A DNA stretch of 64,000 nt from an uncultured Gammaproteobacteria bacterium (lineage in GTDB: Bacteria; Pseudomonadota; Gammaproteobacteria; Competibacterales; JAHEDQ01), in contig CAWAOU010000024.1 of assembly GCA_963783675.1 (NCBI GenBank), positions 256,295-320,294 of the forward strand, read 5' to 3'. Made by a program: the position numbers and the translations under genes. A model generated the notes under the pieces. That model was given only the letters and a program-made list of their open reading frames with translations. It was not told the DNA's origin and did no database searches. Positions 37,160-46,273 of the stretch are shown here, piece by piece. Each line of letters starts with the position of its first letter. The stretch's first letter is position 1.

Positions 37160-37960
37160 ATGGAACAAACCCGTTACCTGATCATCGGTTCGGCTAGATC
37201 GGGCACCACGGCACTGCACCTCGCCGTTCTGGGACACCCCAATGCCGCCGCTTTGGTCGATGAGTTGCGCCTCGCACCTTTGCTCGTTCAGGGGCGTGAC
37301 ATCTTCACCAAGGGCAATGATCCCGAGCCCGATCGGGCAATGATGTTACCGGCGGTATATGATGCGCTGACCACTTTGAATGCCGACGTGAACACCCAGG
37401 CGCACGGCGCGAAGGTGGTGTGCAATTCACCAGCGGCTGCATCCGCCATGGTGTCGGTGCTTCAGCAACAGTTGCCCAATCTCAAAATCATCATAGTCAG
37501 GCGCAAAGATCTCGTCGCCCAGTTCGGTTCCGGCATCATCGGGCGGCGTTCCGGCGTCATGCATGCATGGAATCCGGGCGCAAAAGAGCGCTTGGTTGAC
37601 AAAATCGCCATCAGTCGTCTGCAGTTTACCGCCTTTGCCGCCAGCCGCTTGCGTACCTATAAGGTGCTGGCTTCCCTCGCCGAGAGCCATGAAGTGATGA
37701 ACGTGGACTACGAATCCCTGCTCGACGATGCGCAGGGCGTGTATCGGTCGCTCTACAAGTTTCTTGGGCTCTCGGAGGTCAGGGCCACGTGGGTTGCGGC
37801 AACTAAGGTGTTACCCCCTCCCGATCAATACATACTCAACTATGCGTCGATGGAAGCACGACTGCGAATGATTGAAGAGAATCGGGTCGGGCCGGCCGAG
37901 ATGCTGCTGGCACGGGCTGTGGCCAAGATTGGTCACAAAGCGCGCCGCACGACCGCGTAA
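37160..37960 (+). CDS. Sulfotransferase-family protein
   Basis: Track ORF trimmed to the ATG at 37160. YLIIGSARSGTTAL resembles the PAPS 5'-phosphosulfate-binding loop. RRKDLVAQ resembles the 3'-phosphate-binding region. Confidence 0.55.
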   Translation: MEQTRYLIIGSARSGTTALHLAVLGHPNAAALVDELRLAPLLVQGRDIFTKGNDPEPDRAMMLPAVYDALTTLNADVNTQAHGAKVVCNSPAAASAMVSVLQQQLPNLKIIIVRRKDLVAQFGSGIIGRRSGVMHAWNPGAKERLVDKIAISRLQFTAFAASRLRTYKVLASLAESHEVMNVDYESLLDDAQGVYRSLYKFLGLSEVRATWVAATKVLPPPDQYILNYASMEARLRMIEENRVGPAEMLLARAVAKIGHKARRTTA

Positions 37961-38018
37961 GCTCACAGCCCATCGGCCGCAGGTGGACCGGATTTTGACG
38001 CGGCTTGGAGCACGGCGT

Positions 38019-38882
38019 ATGAGCGACATCATTTCGGGAGAGGTCAAGGATCTGGGTGGTTTCAGCGTCCGCCGATTGTTGCCGGCCGCGCATCGCGGCA
38101 TGATCGGACCGTTTGTTTTTTTTGATCACTTCGGTCCCGCGAGCTTTGAACCCGGCACGGGTATCGACGTTCGCCCCCACCCCCACATCGGGCTTGCGAC
38201 CGTCACCTATCTCTATGAGGGGGGGATACTGCATCGCGATAGCCTTGGGTCGGTTCAGGAGATTCTGCCGGGTGACGTCAACTGGATGATTGCGGGTGCG
38301 GGGATCGTACACTCCGAACGCGAGACCGAGGCAAAGCGACAGCAGCCCCATGTTCAGCACGGCATACAGACCTGGCTTGCATTGCCCGATTCGCAGGAAG
38401 AAACCCAACCCGGCTTCAGCCACCATCCGGCGGCAACGTTACCGAACTGCGTTGAGTTCGACGGCGTCGCGATGCGACTGATCGCCGGGGATGCCTACGG
38501 TGAGTCCTCTCCCGTTCCGGTTTTCTCACCCATGTTTTATCTGGATGTCCAGATGCAGGTTGGCAGTCGCGTCACCTTTCCGAATACACAAAATGAAACC
38601 GGCGTCTATTTGGTTTCCGGCCAGCTGACGTGTGGCGAGCAGCTGATCCAACCAGGCCGCATGGCCTACTTTCCACCGGGGCCACACCCGGCCTTAGAGG
38701 CCCGGGAACACAGCGTGCTGCTGCTGTTTGGCGGAGAACGGTTCACCAGCCCACGTCACGTCTGGTGGAACTTCGTATCCAGTTCCCGCGACAGAATCGA
38801 GCAGGCGAAAGCCCGCTGGCGTGACGGTGAATTTCCCTCTATCGAGGGCGATTCCGAATTCATTCCGCTGCCGCAGGACTGA
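38019..38882 (+). CDS. Pirin-family protein
   Basis: Trimmed to the ATG at 38019, which has a ggag SD. RPHPHIGLATVTYLYEG...HRDSLG is the cupin metal site. C-terminal second cupin. Confidence 0.85.
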   Translation: MSDIISGEVKDLGGFSVRRLLPAAHRGMIGPFVFFDHFGPASFEPGTGIDVRPHPHIGLATVTYLYEGGILHRDSLGSVQEILPGDVNWMIAGAGIVHSERETEAKRQQPHVQHGIQTWLALPDSQEETQPGFSHHPAATLPNCVEFDGVAMRLIAGDAYGESSPVPVFSPMFYLDVQMQVGSRVTFPNTQNETGVYLVSGQLTCGEQLIQPGRMAYFPPGPHPALEAREHSVLLLFGGERFTSPRHVWWNFVSSSRDRIEQAKARWRDGEFPSIEGDSEFIPLPQD

Positions 38883-39021
38883 ATCGAGCTTTGTGAACGG
38901 GCTTAACCAGATAACCCCGCGCCGTGACGGAAGACCACGCTCGATTTGACCTAAATCAACGCGCCATTCGGTCGAGAGACGACTATGCTCATATGCAGGC
39001 GAGCAAGCCGGAGAGGGCTAG

Positions 39022-39294
39022 ATGCATACTGAGAAAGGTGCTGATCACACGCTCCTGATCGGGCCTCTGAGTCTGAAAACCAAGCATTCCAGTCACCCGT
39101 ATGTGTTCGGCTATGCAGTGGGTTTCAGGGCCGGTTACGCAATGGGCGCGAGATTGGAACCGGACGGCCCGTTTCCGGACCGTGAACCTCCGGGTCCGGA
39201 TTTCGCCGCCGGCTATGTGGACGGTTACTCAGATGGCTACGCGGAGGGAGAATCCGCGTTCCATTGCGCCGACCGTGGCACACCGCGCCGCTGA
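39022..39294 (+). CDS. Hypothetical small protein with G-Y repeats
   Basis: 90-aa ORF with repeated GY-x-x-GY stretches (FGYAVGFRAGYAMG, AAGYVDGYSDGYAEG). I recognise no family. Confidence 0.4.
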   Translation: MHTEKGADHTLLIGPLSLKTKHSSHPYVFGYAVGFRAGYAMGARLEPDGPFPDREPPGPDFAAGYVDGYSDGYAEGESAFHCADRGTPRR

Positions 39295-39317
39295 CGGGCA
39301 CCCGCTCGCCCGTGTCA

Positions 39318-41030
39318 TCAGGTAACGAAGAACTGCAGGTCCCCCAGTTGTCCGGATAGCGGTGCCTTGCCTGCGGCTGCGGGTTCGCCCAGCGCTTCAG
39401 CCAAGCTGTGCGCATCCTGCAGGTAACTCCGGTAGAGCCTGGCGCGGCAGTCCTCTGAGAGCGCGCTGCGCTGGCTGGCGATGGCGCCCAGGGCGGCACC
39501 CAGTGAGAAGGCTTCATGCGCGTCGGGATCCTCCTTGTGGCGCCACATGCCGGTGTGCAGATCGAAGTCGTATAGGTGCACGAAGCGGTGACCAAAGCGA
39601 CCGAGAAAATTGATTGCGTCGATTACGAACTGAGCTTCCGTGTCGTCCATCACGTAGTGGAACCCTACTCGGCACCAGCCCGGTTTGATTCCCTGGTAGC
39701 CTTTGCGAACCCAGGCCCGATACTGATCCGAGGTCTCGGTATCGATGCCCAGCAGTCGATGGCCATAGGGACCTGCGCACGAACACCCCGCACGGGATTG
39801 GATTCCGAACAGGTCGTTCAGCAGCGCCGTGGTGAGTTTGGGGTGCAGATATCGGTCGCTCGGACCCCGTAGATTAAAGCTGACGATACCAACCCGCCGA
39901 CGCATATCCGGGTTCCCCAGCACCTCAATGCGTGTGTTTGCGGCCCAGGACTCGGCCGCGCGGTTGAGCAATTCATGTTCCCGGGCTTCGATTGCTTTGA
40001 CCCCCACGGCATCTTTTACTTCAAAGGCCAGCGCCGCCTTGAGTGTTTGCAGTACACCCGGGGTACCCGCCTTCTCCCGTTCCTCGATGTCGGCGATGAA
40101 GTCCTGGTCCAGCGGGCCCACATAGTCCACCGTACCGCCGCCGCCCACGCTGGGGGGAAGCTCCGAGTGGTATAGCCGCTCGTTGAAAACCAGCACGCCG
40201 CTGGCGCCGGGTCCACCCAGGAACTTGTGGGGAGAGACAAAAATCGCGTCCAACGAAGAATCATCGCCGCCATCCCGCTGCGGGTTCATATCGATGGTCA
40301 CGTAGGGTCCGCTGGCCGCATAGTCGAAACACGCGTAGGCCTGATGTCGGTGCAGAAGCGCTGCGATCTGCCCAACCGGCGTTCGCATACCCGTGACATT
40401 GGAGGCGGCCGAGAAAGAACCGATGCGCTGGCGTCCCAGATAATCCGGTTCCTTGAGCAATCGTTCCAGGTCAGCCAGATCGATGCCGCCGTCCTCGGCC
40501 ATGCCCACTTCGACCACCGTCGCTAATCCCTGGCGCCAGGACACCTCGTTGGAATGATGCTCATATGGACCCACGAAGACCACCGGCTGCCGGGTCTGGT
40601 GATGGCGCCAGAATGCTTCAGCCTGATCCGGCCCCAGGCAGTCGGTCAACGCCCGCTGGAGTTCCGCGCGAGTGGCGGGTGGGAGCGCGATTCCCACGAT
40701 TTGTTGGAGCTTGTCGATCGCACCGGTGGCGCCGGTGCCGCAGGCTACGATATGTCCGTTGGGACCGGCATTGACCGCCCGCTTGATGGCGGCTTCGGCC
40801 TGGTGCAGGAGGCGGGTCATGCTCCGGCCGGTCAGATCGTCCTCGGTATGGGTATTGGCGTAGATACGTTGAATGTTCTGCAAATAGTTCTCGACGAACT
40901 GGAGGCATCGCCCTGACGCGGTGTAATCGCAGTAGACCATGAGGCGTCTGCCGAATGGCGTCTCGAAATCCGAGTCGATGCCTACGATCTGGTCCCTCAG
41001 ATACCTGAAGCTGAGTTGCGGCTGATGCAT
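39318..41030 (-). CDS. Aminotransferase class V-fold PLP-dependent enzyme (cysteine desulfurase/lyase-like)
   Basis: PLP-lysine context FVSPHKFLGGPGASGVLVF. CDYTASGR near the N-terminus. The ATG at 41030 is preferred to the TTG at 41045. Confidence 0.8.
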   Translation of the reverse strand: MHQPQLSFRYLRDQIVGIDSDFETPFGRRLMVYCDYTASGRCLQFVENYLQNIQRIYANTHTEDDLTGRSMTRLLHQAEAAIKRAVNAGPNGHIVACGTGATGAIDKLQQIVGIALPPATRAELQRALTDCLGPDQAEAFWRHHQTRQPVVFVGPYEHHSNEVSWRQGLATVVEVGMAEDGGIDLADLERLLKEPDYLGRQRIGSFSAASNVTGMRTPVGQIAALLHRHQAYACFDYAASGPYVTIDMNPQRDGGDDSSLDAIFVSPHKFLGGPGASGVLVFNERLYHSELPPSVGGGGTVDYVGPLDQDFIADIEEREKAGTPGVLQTLKAALAFEVKDAVGVKAIEAREHELLNRAAESWAANTRIEVLGNPDMRRRVGIVSFNLRGPSDRYLHPKLTTALLNDLFGIQSRAGCSCAGPYGHRLLGIDTETSDQYRAWVRKGYQGIKPGWCRVGFHYVMDDTEAQFVIDAINFLGRFGHRFVHLYDFDLHTGMWRHKEDPDAHEAFSLGAALGAIASQRSALSEDCRARLYRSYLQDAHSLAEALGEPAAAGKAPLSGQLGDLQFFVT

Positions 41031-41114
41031 GGATGTTTCCCGCAAGGCGGCCTACCGGCCGTTTGTGATTGTTGGGTGGGTGCTGAGGCCACGGCCGTTG
41101 GGCCGCCCGTGGCC

Positions 41115-41471
41115 TCAAGAGGCCAGCGGATCCCGAGTGACCTCTACAGAGAAGCATGCGCGCATGGCTTCCGCCACCTGATCGGCAACGGTCGTGGTCA
41201 GTTCGTAGGCAACCTCCACCAGATCCGATTCCCGTTCGTACCAGGTCAGGACCACCAGATGATCGGCAATGGCCGCGAACCAGCGTTGAGCGGGCCCGGC
41301 CGACGCATCCTCGTCCGCAGGCGGCGCTACCCCCGGCGTTGGGATGGTTTCGCACAGGACCGCATAAGGCTGCTCGAACCAGGCTCGCCCCTCCAGGAGT
41401 CTGTAACTGGGTGCATATGCCGCGTCGAAACGCCGCCAAAACTCGGATGAATCCAGCCACTCGATGTTCAT
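41115..41471 (-). CDS. Hypothetical protein
   Basis: Only the C-terminal 118 codons of track ORF 41115..41864 look protein-like (MNIEWLDSSEFWRRFDAAY...). The upstream part is Arg/Gly/Pro-rich junk. Confidence 0.4.
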   Translation of the reverse strand: MNIEWLDSSEFWRRFDAAYAPSYRLLEGRAWFEQPYAVLCETIPTPGVAPPADEDASAGPAQRWFAAIADHLVVLTWYERESDLVEVAYELTTTVADQVAEAMRACFSVEVTRDPLAS

Positions 41472-41996
41472 GTTCCGACGCTCTGCTCCCCGGCATTCGC
41501 AGACTGTGGTGTCGTTTGCCGCTGCGTCCCCAGCCGACTGCCCGACGCCTGGGTCAACGGTATCCCGAGGCAGATCGAAATGCCATGTCTCGCAACACGT
41601 GCGCCTATGGAATCGGTCCGTGGACATTCCGGCCCGGAACATTCCTAGCCCTGTTTGCGGGGCGCTCAAGAGCAGGTGTATGCCCGCCCACGCCGTCGGC
41701 TTATTCGACTGAGGCCTCAGGCTTGAACTGCGCGGGCTCAGTCGGCCTCCGCAGCCCGTTGAACCCCAGTGGCCATTTGGCGGGGCGGTGTTCTTTCCGG
41801 AGGCATGCACCGCTTGGGTGCGCTGGCGTTTGTGTTTGGTGCGGGCCGGCCATTCGCCAACCATTATGAGTCGGATAAAAAGCTGAATTTATTAAAAAAA
41901 TAGAAATGGCACGCTGAGTGCTGCTGCGCAAAGAGATCTTGTTTACCGCTTTCTGTTTCGGATGCCATCTTGAGCCCCGTCTCAATCGGAGTAGCA

Positions 41997-42572
41997 ATGA
42001 CACCCATGACTGTATCCCGGATAGTTATCGGCCTCATCGGGCTGACATTGACGCAACTGGCTTTCGCTCACGGTGGACAGGGTGAGAGCGGGATCGCCGG
42101 TGGGTTGGGCCACAGCCTTGCCGGTCCCGAACATGCGCTGGCCCTGATCGGCTTCGGCGCCTGGGCCGTGCTGGTATTCCGTGGTACGGCCTGGCGTCTG
42201 CTGGCAGGCACGCTGTGCGCCATCGCCCTGGGTGGATTGATTGGTTGGCTGGTGCCACGCGGGCCCATGCCAGATTCGATTGCCGCAGCCTGGCTCCTGA
42301 GCACCGGTTTGCTGATCGCCCTGCGGGAACGGCTCAACCTGCATGTGGCCACGGCAGGTCTGATCGTGTTGGCGGCCGTGCAGGGTTACGCACACGGTGC
42401 AGTAGGCCATGGGATTGCGGACCCTGCCGGGTTTGCGCTGGGCACGATGCTGGCGAGTGCGCTGTTGATGTTCATTGGCACAAGCCTGGGCGGCGCACTT
42501 CGGGTGGATCGGGCGGTGCAGGCGGGCGGCTTGGCTCTCGTGGCTTGCGGGGTCCTGTTCCTCATCGCATAG
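41997..42572 (+). CDS. HupE/UreJ-family metal (Ni/Co) transporter
   Basis: Signal sequence ending AFAHGG. GLGHSLAGPEHALALIGFG is an HupE-type motif. Six hydrophobic helices. The ATG at 41997 has a ggag SD. Confidence 0.8.
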   Translation: MTPMTVSRIVIGLIGLTLTQLAFAHGGQGESGIAGGLGHSLAGPEHALALIGFGAWAVLVFRGTAWRLLAGTLCAIALGGLIGWLVPRGPMPDSIAAAWLLSTGLLIALRERLNLHVATAGLIVLAAVQGYAHGAVGHGIADPAGFALGTMLASALLMFIGTSLGGALRVDRAVQAGGLALVACGVLFLIA

Positions 42573-42699
42573 TCGGCCGACGGTTGTAGGGCGAGCAGCC
42601 GCGACACTTCGGCGTCGTCCGGCTCCATCAGGATTGCGCCTGGTTGCGCGAAGCGTTAGAACGGTTTCGATACCGGGCAAACTGTCGGAGCCAAACCCA

Positions 42700-42906
42700 A
42701 TGGAACTTGACTGGGGCAATCTGCAAGGCCTGATCCCCATTGTCGGCGGAATCTACGGTTACTTGCTTGCCTTGGGCGTGATGCCGCGCAACCCCAGTGA
42801 TCCGCAAAAGATGGCGGACTGGCGAGACAAGTTCGGACGCGCGCTGAAGATCGGGTGTCCGATACTTGTGATCCTCGGTGTGCTCGAGTTGTTGGGTATA
42901 ACCTGA
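42700..42906 (+). CDS. Small membrane protein (hypothetical)
   Basis: 68 aa starting at the ATG at 42700, with ggag 9 nt upstream. Two hydrophobic stretches: LIPIVGGIYGYLLALGV and CPILVILGVLELLGI. Confidence 0.4.
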   Translation: MELDWGNLQGLIPIVGGIYGYLLALGVMPRNPSDPQKMADWRDKFGRALKIGCPILVILGVLELLGIT

Positions 42907-43186
42907 GCCGCCCCGCTCGGGTTCGCGGCGCACCAAGGCAATTGGCGGTCGCCACGGCTCCAAGTCGATGCCTGGCTTTCCCGCATAATCGCCCCACCTC
43001 AAGTGTCCGGGTCCTTGCGCTCACGGATCAACGCGCGAGGCTGGCCCAGCGGCATGGTATCCGTGCCCTTATGGGCCGGAATGCGATCCGCGCCAAAAGC
43101 AGGGCTCCCCAAGCCGAGGTCGCCCTCATGTCGATAGGATTCTCGGCCGGGATCGCCGTTCATCAGCACGACCATGGAGATTTTTT

Positions 43187-43597
43187 GTGGATACCGATTG
43201 GCAGGCCTCCGACCACACGCTGGGCGGTCGCATATCCATTGCTCGCGAGACCGCGTCCCTCAGCTCAGCCCAGGTGGCCCGGCGACTCGGCATCAAATCG
43301 GAAACGCTGCGCAATTGGGAGACCGATCGCAGCGAACCCCGAGCCAATCGCCTCACCATGCTGGCCGGTGTTCTAAACGTCAGTCCGGGATGGCTGCTGA
43401 GCGGAAAGGGTGAGGGACCGCCCGTGGGTGAAGTGTCTGGCGCTGACGTGCTGGCGCTTCAGCTGCTGGTCAACAGCGCCCGACGCGAACAGCAAACCCT
43501 GGCCGACACCCTGAATCGACTGGAAGCGAAGATCAGTCACCTGGGGGACCGTGTCGATCAGGGACAGTGGTCGCCTGAGCCGGAGCGGGTGGACTGA
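43187..43597 (+). CDS. XRE-family helix-turn-helix transcriptional regulator
   Basis: LGGRISIARETASLSSAQVARRLGIKSETLRNWETDRSEP is a classic HTH_3 motif. C-terminal coiled-coil-like tail. GTG start with a ggag SD. Confidence 0.8.
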   Translation: MDTDWQASDHTLGGRISIARETASLSSAQVARRLGIKSETLRNWETDRSEPRANRLTMLAGVLNVSPGWLLSGKGEGPPVGEVSGADVLALQLLVNSARREQQTLADTLNRLEAKISHLGDRVDQGQWSPEPERVD

Positions 43598-43667
43598 GGC
43601 ACAGTTCAGGGCCCGTTTGGGCGGCGCCATTTCCCCGGCGGGCCTCGACCCCAATCCTAAGCAGCCT

Positions 43668-43958
43668 CTAGGGAAGGTCTGAACAATTGCTGCGATCGCG
43701 CCGGGGTCTTTGCGCTCCCTCGTACAAGGCGCACCGAGCGAAGTTGGCCCAAGGCAAATGCGTGAGTTGCCAATGAGCGAGGTGCAACGCGGTACCAGGG
43801 GAGCAAAGGCCCGGCCCCTCCGGGGTTTCGCCCACAAGGGCACATCTGCCGCGTTTCCCGGCTTGGCCATAGAATGACTATGGCCAAGCCGGGAGCCTCG
43901 CATCTGCGCACTTGAGGACCGAAACGCGATTCGTATCAATTGTTCAGACCTTCCCTAG
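43668..43958. mobile_element. MITE-like element with perfect 22-bp terminal inverted repeats
   Basis: ctagggaaggtctgaacaattg (43668-43689) and caattgttcagaccttccctag (43937-43958) are exact reverse complements. An internal 15-bp perfect hairpin, cccggcttggccata/tatggccaagccggg, lies at 43857-43893. No ORF. Confidence 0.8.
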
Positions 43959-44143
43959 TTTACGCCAGGCGAATCAGAGCGGAGGCTCTCCAACGTCAGC
44001 ACTTCGTTCGCTGCGCTGTCCACAGCCCCTTCGCACCCCGCAAGTTGGCAAGCGATCTGCATTCTCACTGTCCCCAAAAAAGCCGAAAAGTGTTTCGTTT
44101 TCGATACACAAATTCGACGCGATCGACAGATCGGGAGTACAGA

Positions 44144-44716
44144 ATGAACAGGATCGTGGCGGCGTTGCTCATGTGCACGGGTCTGATGTTGGGCTTCAAC
44201 GCGCAAGCCGGCGTCTACAAGTGCGCGGTGCAAGGCGGTGGAATGGAGTATCGGTCGACGCCCTGCCCAACCGGGCAGGCTGAGACGGTTATGGCGGTGA
44301 AGGCGTCCGCCCGCAAGCATCTCCAGCTCACCACCGACACGCCAAAAATGATGATGCCCAGCCCACGAACCGGCCGCTGTTCCGTAGACTACTGGTTGCT
44401 CGACGGCGTCTGCGTGCACGCCACCCAGTTGCACGCAGACCCGAAAGCGATGGACTTGGCTGTCGCTGGATTCAAACAGTCCGAATCCGAGCGTGCGGCA
44501 CAGGCCGCAGTTGAAGCCGCGAGTGTGGCGACAACCGACGAACCCTCCATTGAGGATGAGTATTGTCGGCGCTATAAAGCGCGTCTAAGCAAGGCCGAAA
44601 ACGCTCGTGTTAGGGATGCGTCGCTGCCATCCGCGAGTGGCGTGACGGCGAATCCGTCGGACAGCCAACGCAAAATCGACGAGCTGCGTGCCCGGGTCAG
44701 ACTATTCTGTAAATAG
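44144..44716 (+). CDS. DUF4124-domain exported protein
   Basis: Trimmed to the ATG at 44144 (gggag SD). Signal peptide MNRIVAALLMCTGLMLGFNAQA followed by GVYKCAVQGGGMEYRSTPCP, typical of DUF4124. Confidence 0.65.
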   Translation: MNRIVAALLMCTGLMLGFNAQAGVYKCAVQGGGMEYRSTPCPTGQAETVMAVKASARKHLQLTTDTPKMMMPSPRTGRCSVDYWLLDGVCVHATQLHADPKAMDLAVAGFKQSESERAAQAAVEAASVATTDEPSIEDEYCRRYKARLSKAENARVRDASLPSASGVTANPSDSQRKIDELRARVRLFCK

Positions 44717-44998
44717 CCGTTCTCGAGGGCCGTTGGTGTCGGTCGCCGCAGACTCGGTGAGCCGCCAACCGCAGTCTTCTTCACCTGATTCAGTCCACTC
44801 TATTGCCTTGATCGTCGCAATGGTCGAAGCTGGCGAGACCGCATCGCGTCGTTCTGACTCTCGCCGATACATTCGATTGCAATTCACATCGTGCTCCGCT
44901 TAACCAACAATGGACGCTGGCGCAGACCGTGTTGTCCACTGGCCTCCAGCAACGCGCGGGGCGCAAGGCGCTGCAGGCCTTACGCATCAGGAGGATTC

Positions 44999-45742
44999 AT
45001 GGCCAATGTATCGGAACAGCCCCGGCTGTCCGTTCTCATCGATGCTGACAATACTCAGCCCGCCATCATTGAGGGGCTGTTGGCCGAGGTGTCCAACTAT
45101 GGTGTTGCCAGTGTCAAGCGCATCTACGGCGACTGGACGAAACCCAATCTCAAAGGGTGGAAGGAGGTTCTGCTGTCCCACGGTATCCAGCCGATACAGC
45201 AGTTCGCCTACACCTCGGGCAAGAACGCCACCGATGCCGCCATGATTATCGATGCAATGGATCTGCTCTATTCTGAACGTTTCGACGCCTTTTGCATCGT
45301 CTCGAGCGACAGCGATTTTACTCGCTTGGCCTCTCGTATCCGTGAGGCGGGCCTGTTGGTCTATGGTTTCGGTGAGAAAAAGACCCCGCAGGCATTTGTT
45401 TCAGCCTGTGACAAGTTTGTGTTCACCGAAATCCTACGAGCCGGTGATGAGGTGGACAGCGCCCCGGCCCGACGGCGGAGCAACAAAGATTTGCGGGGCG
45501 ACACGCGATTGGTCAATCTCCTCCGCGGCGCTGTGGATTCGGCGGCCGATGACAGTGGTTGGGCCAATCTGGGCCGGGTGGGGTCGAGTATCGTCAATCA
45601 GGCGCCGGAGTTTGATCCGCGTAACTATGGATTCAAGAAACTCGGTGAACTGATCGATGCCACCAAGTTGTTTGAAATGGATGCCCGCGCCACCAGCGAA
45701 GGCGGCCAACGTGTTGTCTACGTTAAAGACAAACGCAGATAA
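44999..45742 (+). CDS. NYN (LabA-like) nuclease domain protein with C-terminal OST-HTH/LOTUS domain
   Basis: LSVLIDADNT...RIYGDW...NATDAAMIIDAMDL...FCIVSSDSDFTRLASRIRE is the NYN part. GWANLGRVGSSIVNQAPEFDPRNYGFKKLGELI is the LOTUS part. The ATG at 44999 has an aggagg SD. Confidence 0.85.
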   Translation: MANVSEQPRLSVLIDADNTQPAIIEGLLAEVSNYGVASVKRIYGDWTKPNLKGWKEVLLSHGIQPIQQFAYTSGKNATDAAMIIDAMDLLYSERFDAFCIVSSDSDFTRLASRIREAGLLVYGFGEKKTPQAFVSACDKFVFTEILRAGDEVDSAPARRRSNKDLRGDTRLVNLLRGAVDSAADDSGWANLGRVGSSIVNQAPEFDPRNYGFKKLGELIDATKLFEMDARATSEGGQRVVYVKDKRR

Positions 45743-45813
45743 CCTGACGCGTCGTCCTGGTTGTCCACGGTCATTTTTCAGTTAGCCAGACCCATTGAGA
45801 AGGAGTGGACCCA

Positions 45814-46191
45814 ATGTCACGAGTAACCGCCTGTATGTGTGCCGCTGCGGTGTTCCTGCTCGCTGGGCAAGCCGCTTGGGGGGCGCAGCTCGGTTTTATT
45901 CGATACACGCCAGCCTATTATTTCACCGACGCCGATTGGGAGATGGCAACAGCCGATTTCGATGCGTTTCTGAGCACCCAGGAAGATGGCGCCGAGTTCG
46001 GCGGCTCAAACCCGGATACCGGGTCCGCCTGGCGCTTCCGGGCCTTAGGTTCGGTTGAGGAGGACGGGCAGCCGTGCAGACAGGTGGAGATTACGTTGGA
46101 GGCCCGCAAAGCTGAAAGCGTACCCACCAATAACTACCTGTTCTGCCGCGACGCGGATGCAGATTGGCGCATGGTGCGGGGGTTACCCTGA
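45814..46191 (+). CDS. Hypothetical secreted protein
   Basis: gagaaggag SD 8 nt before the ATG at 45814. Signal peptide MSRVTACMCAAAVFLLAGQAAWG. Confidence 0.5.
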   Translation: MSRVTACMCAAAVFLLAGQAAWGAQLGFIRYTPAYYFTDADWEMATADFDAFLSTQEDGAEFGGSNPDTGSAWRFRALGSVEEDGQPCRQVEITLEARKAESVPTNNYLFCRDADADWRMVRGLP

Positions 46192-46273
46192 GGACTCAGT
46201 TCCGGGCTGGATTTGTTTCGCGTACGGCAGTACCGATTGGATCCATCCATATGTGCGACGAGGTAGATGCACC

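Noticed and set aside
41472-41996. Possible cobalamin riboswitch. A GCCACTGG box is present on the minus strand around 41768-41776.
   Set aside because: - The flanking conserved blocks (AGGGAA, GGTG..AA..CC, and a B12 box of the AGYCMGGAGACCKGCC type) are not recognisable.
- The box is on the strand opposite to hupE.
A covariance-model scan would be needed, so I make no call.
42999-43175. 58-codon minus-strand ORF (MVVLMNGDPGRESYRHEGDLG...) divergent from the XRE gene. It is below the track's size cut-off.
   Set aside because: It shows some GC3 bias. However, its ATG lies only 11 nt from the XRE gene's GTG and overlaps that gene's Shine-Dalgarno sequence. It has no recognisable family and no SD of its own, so support is insufficient.
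43940-44143. N-terminal extensions of track ORFs that read out of repeat elements: 43940..44716, 47567..49021, 49102..49728 and 2508..3611.
   Set aside because: The extra codons lie inside the MITE or palindromic elements and translate to non-protein-like sequence. Internal starts with SD sequences or signal peptides fit better.
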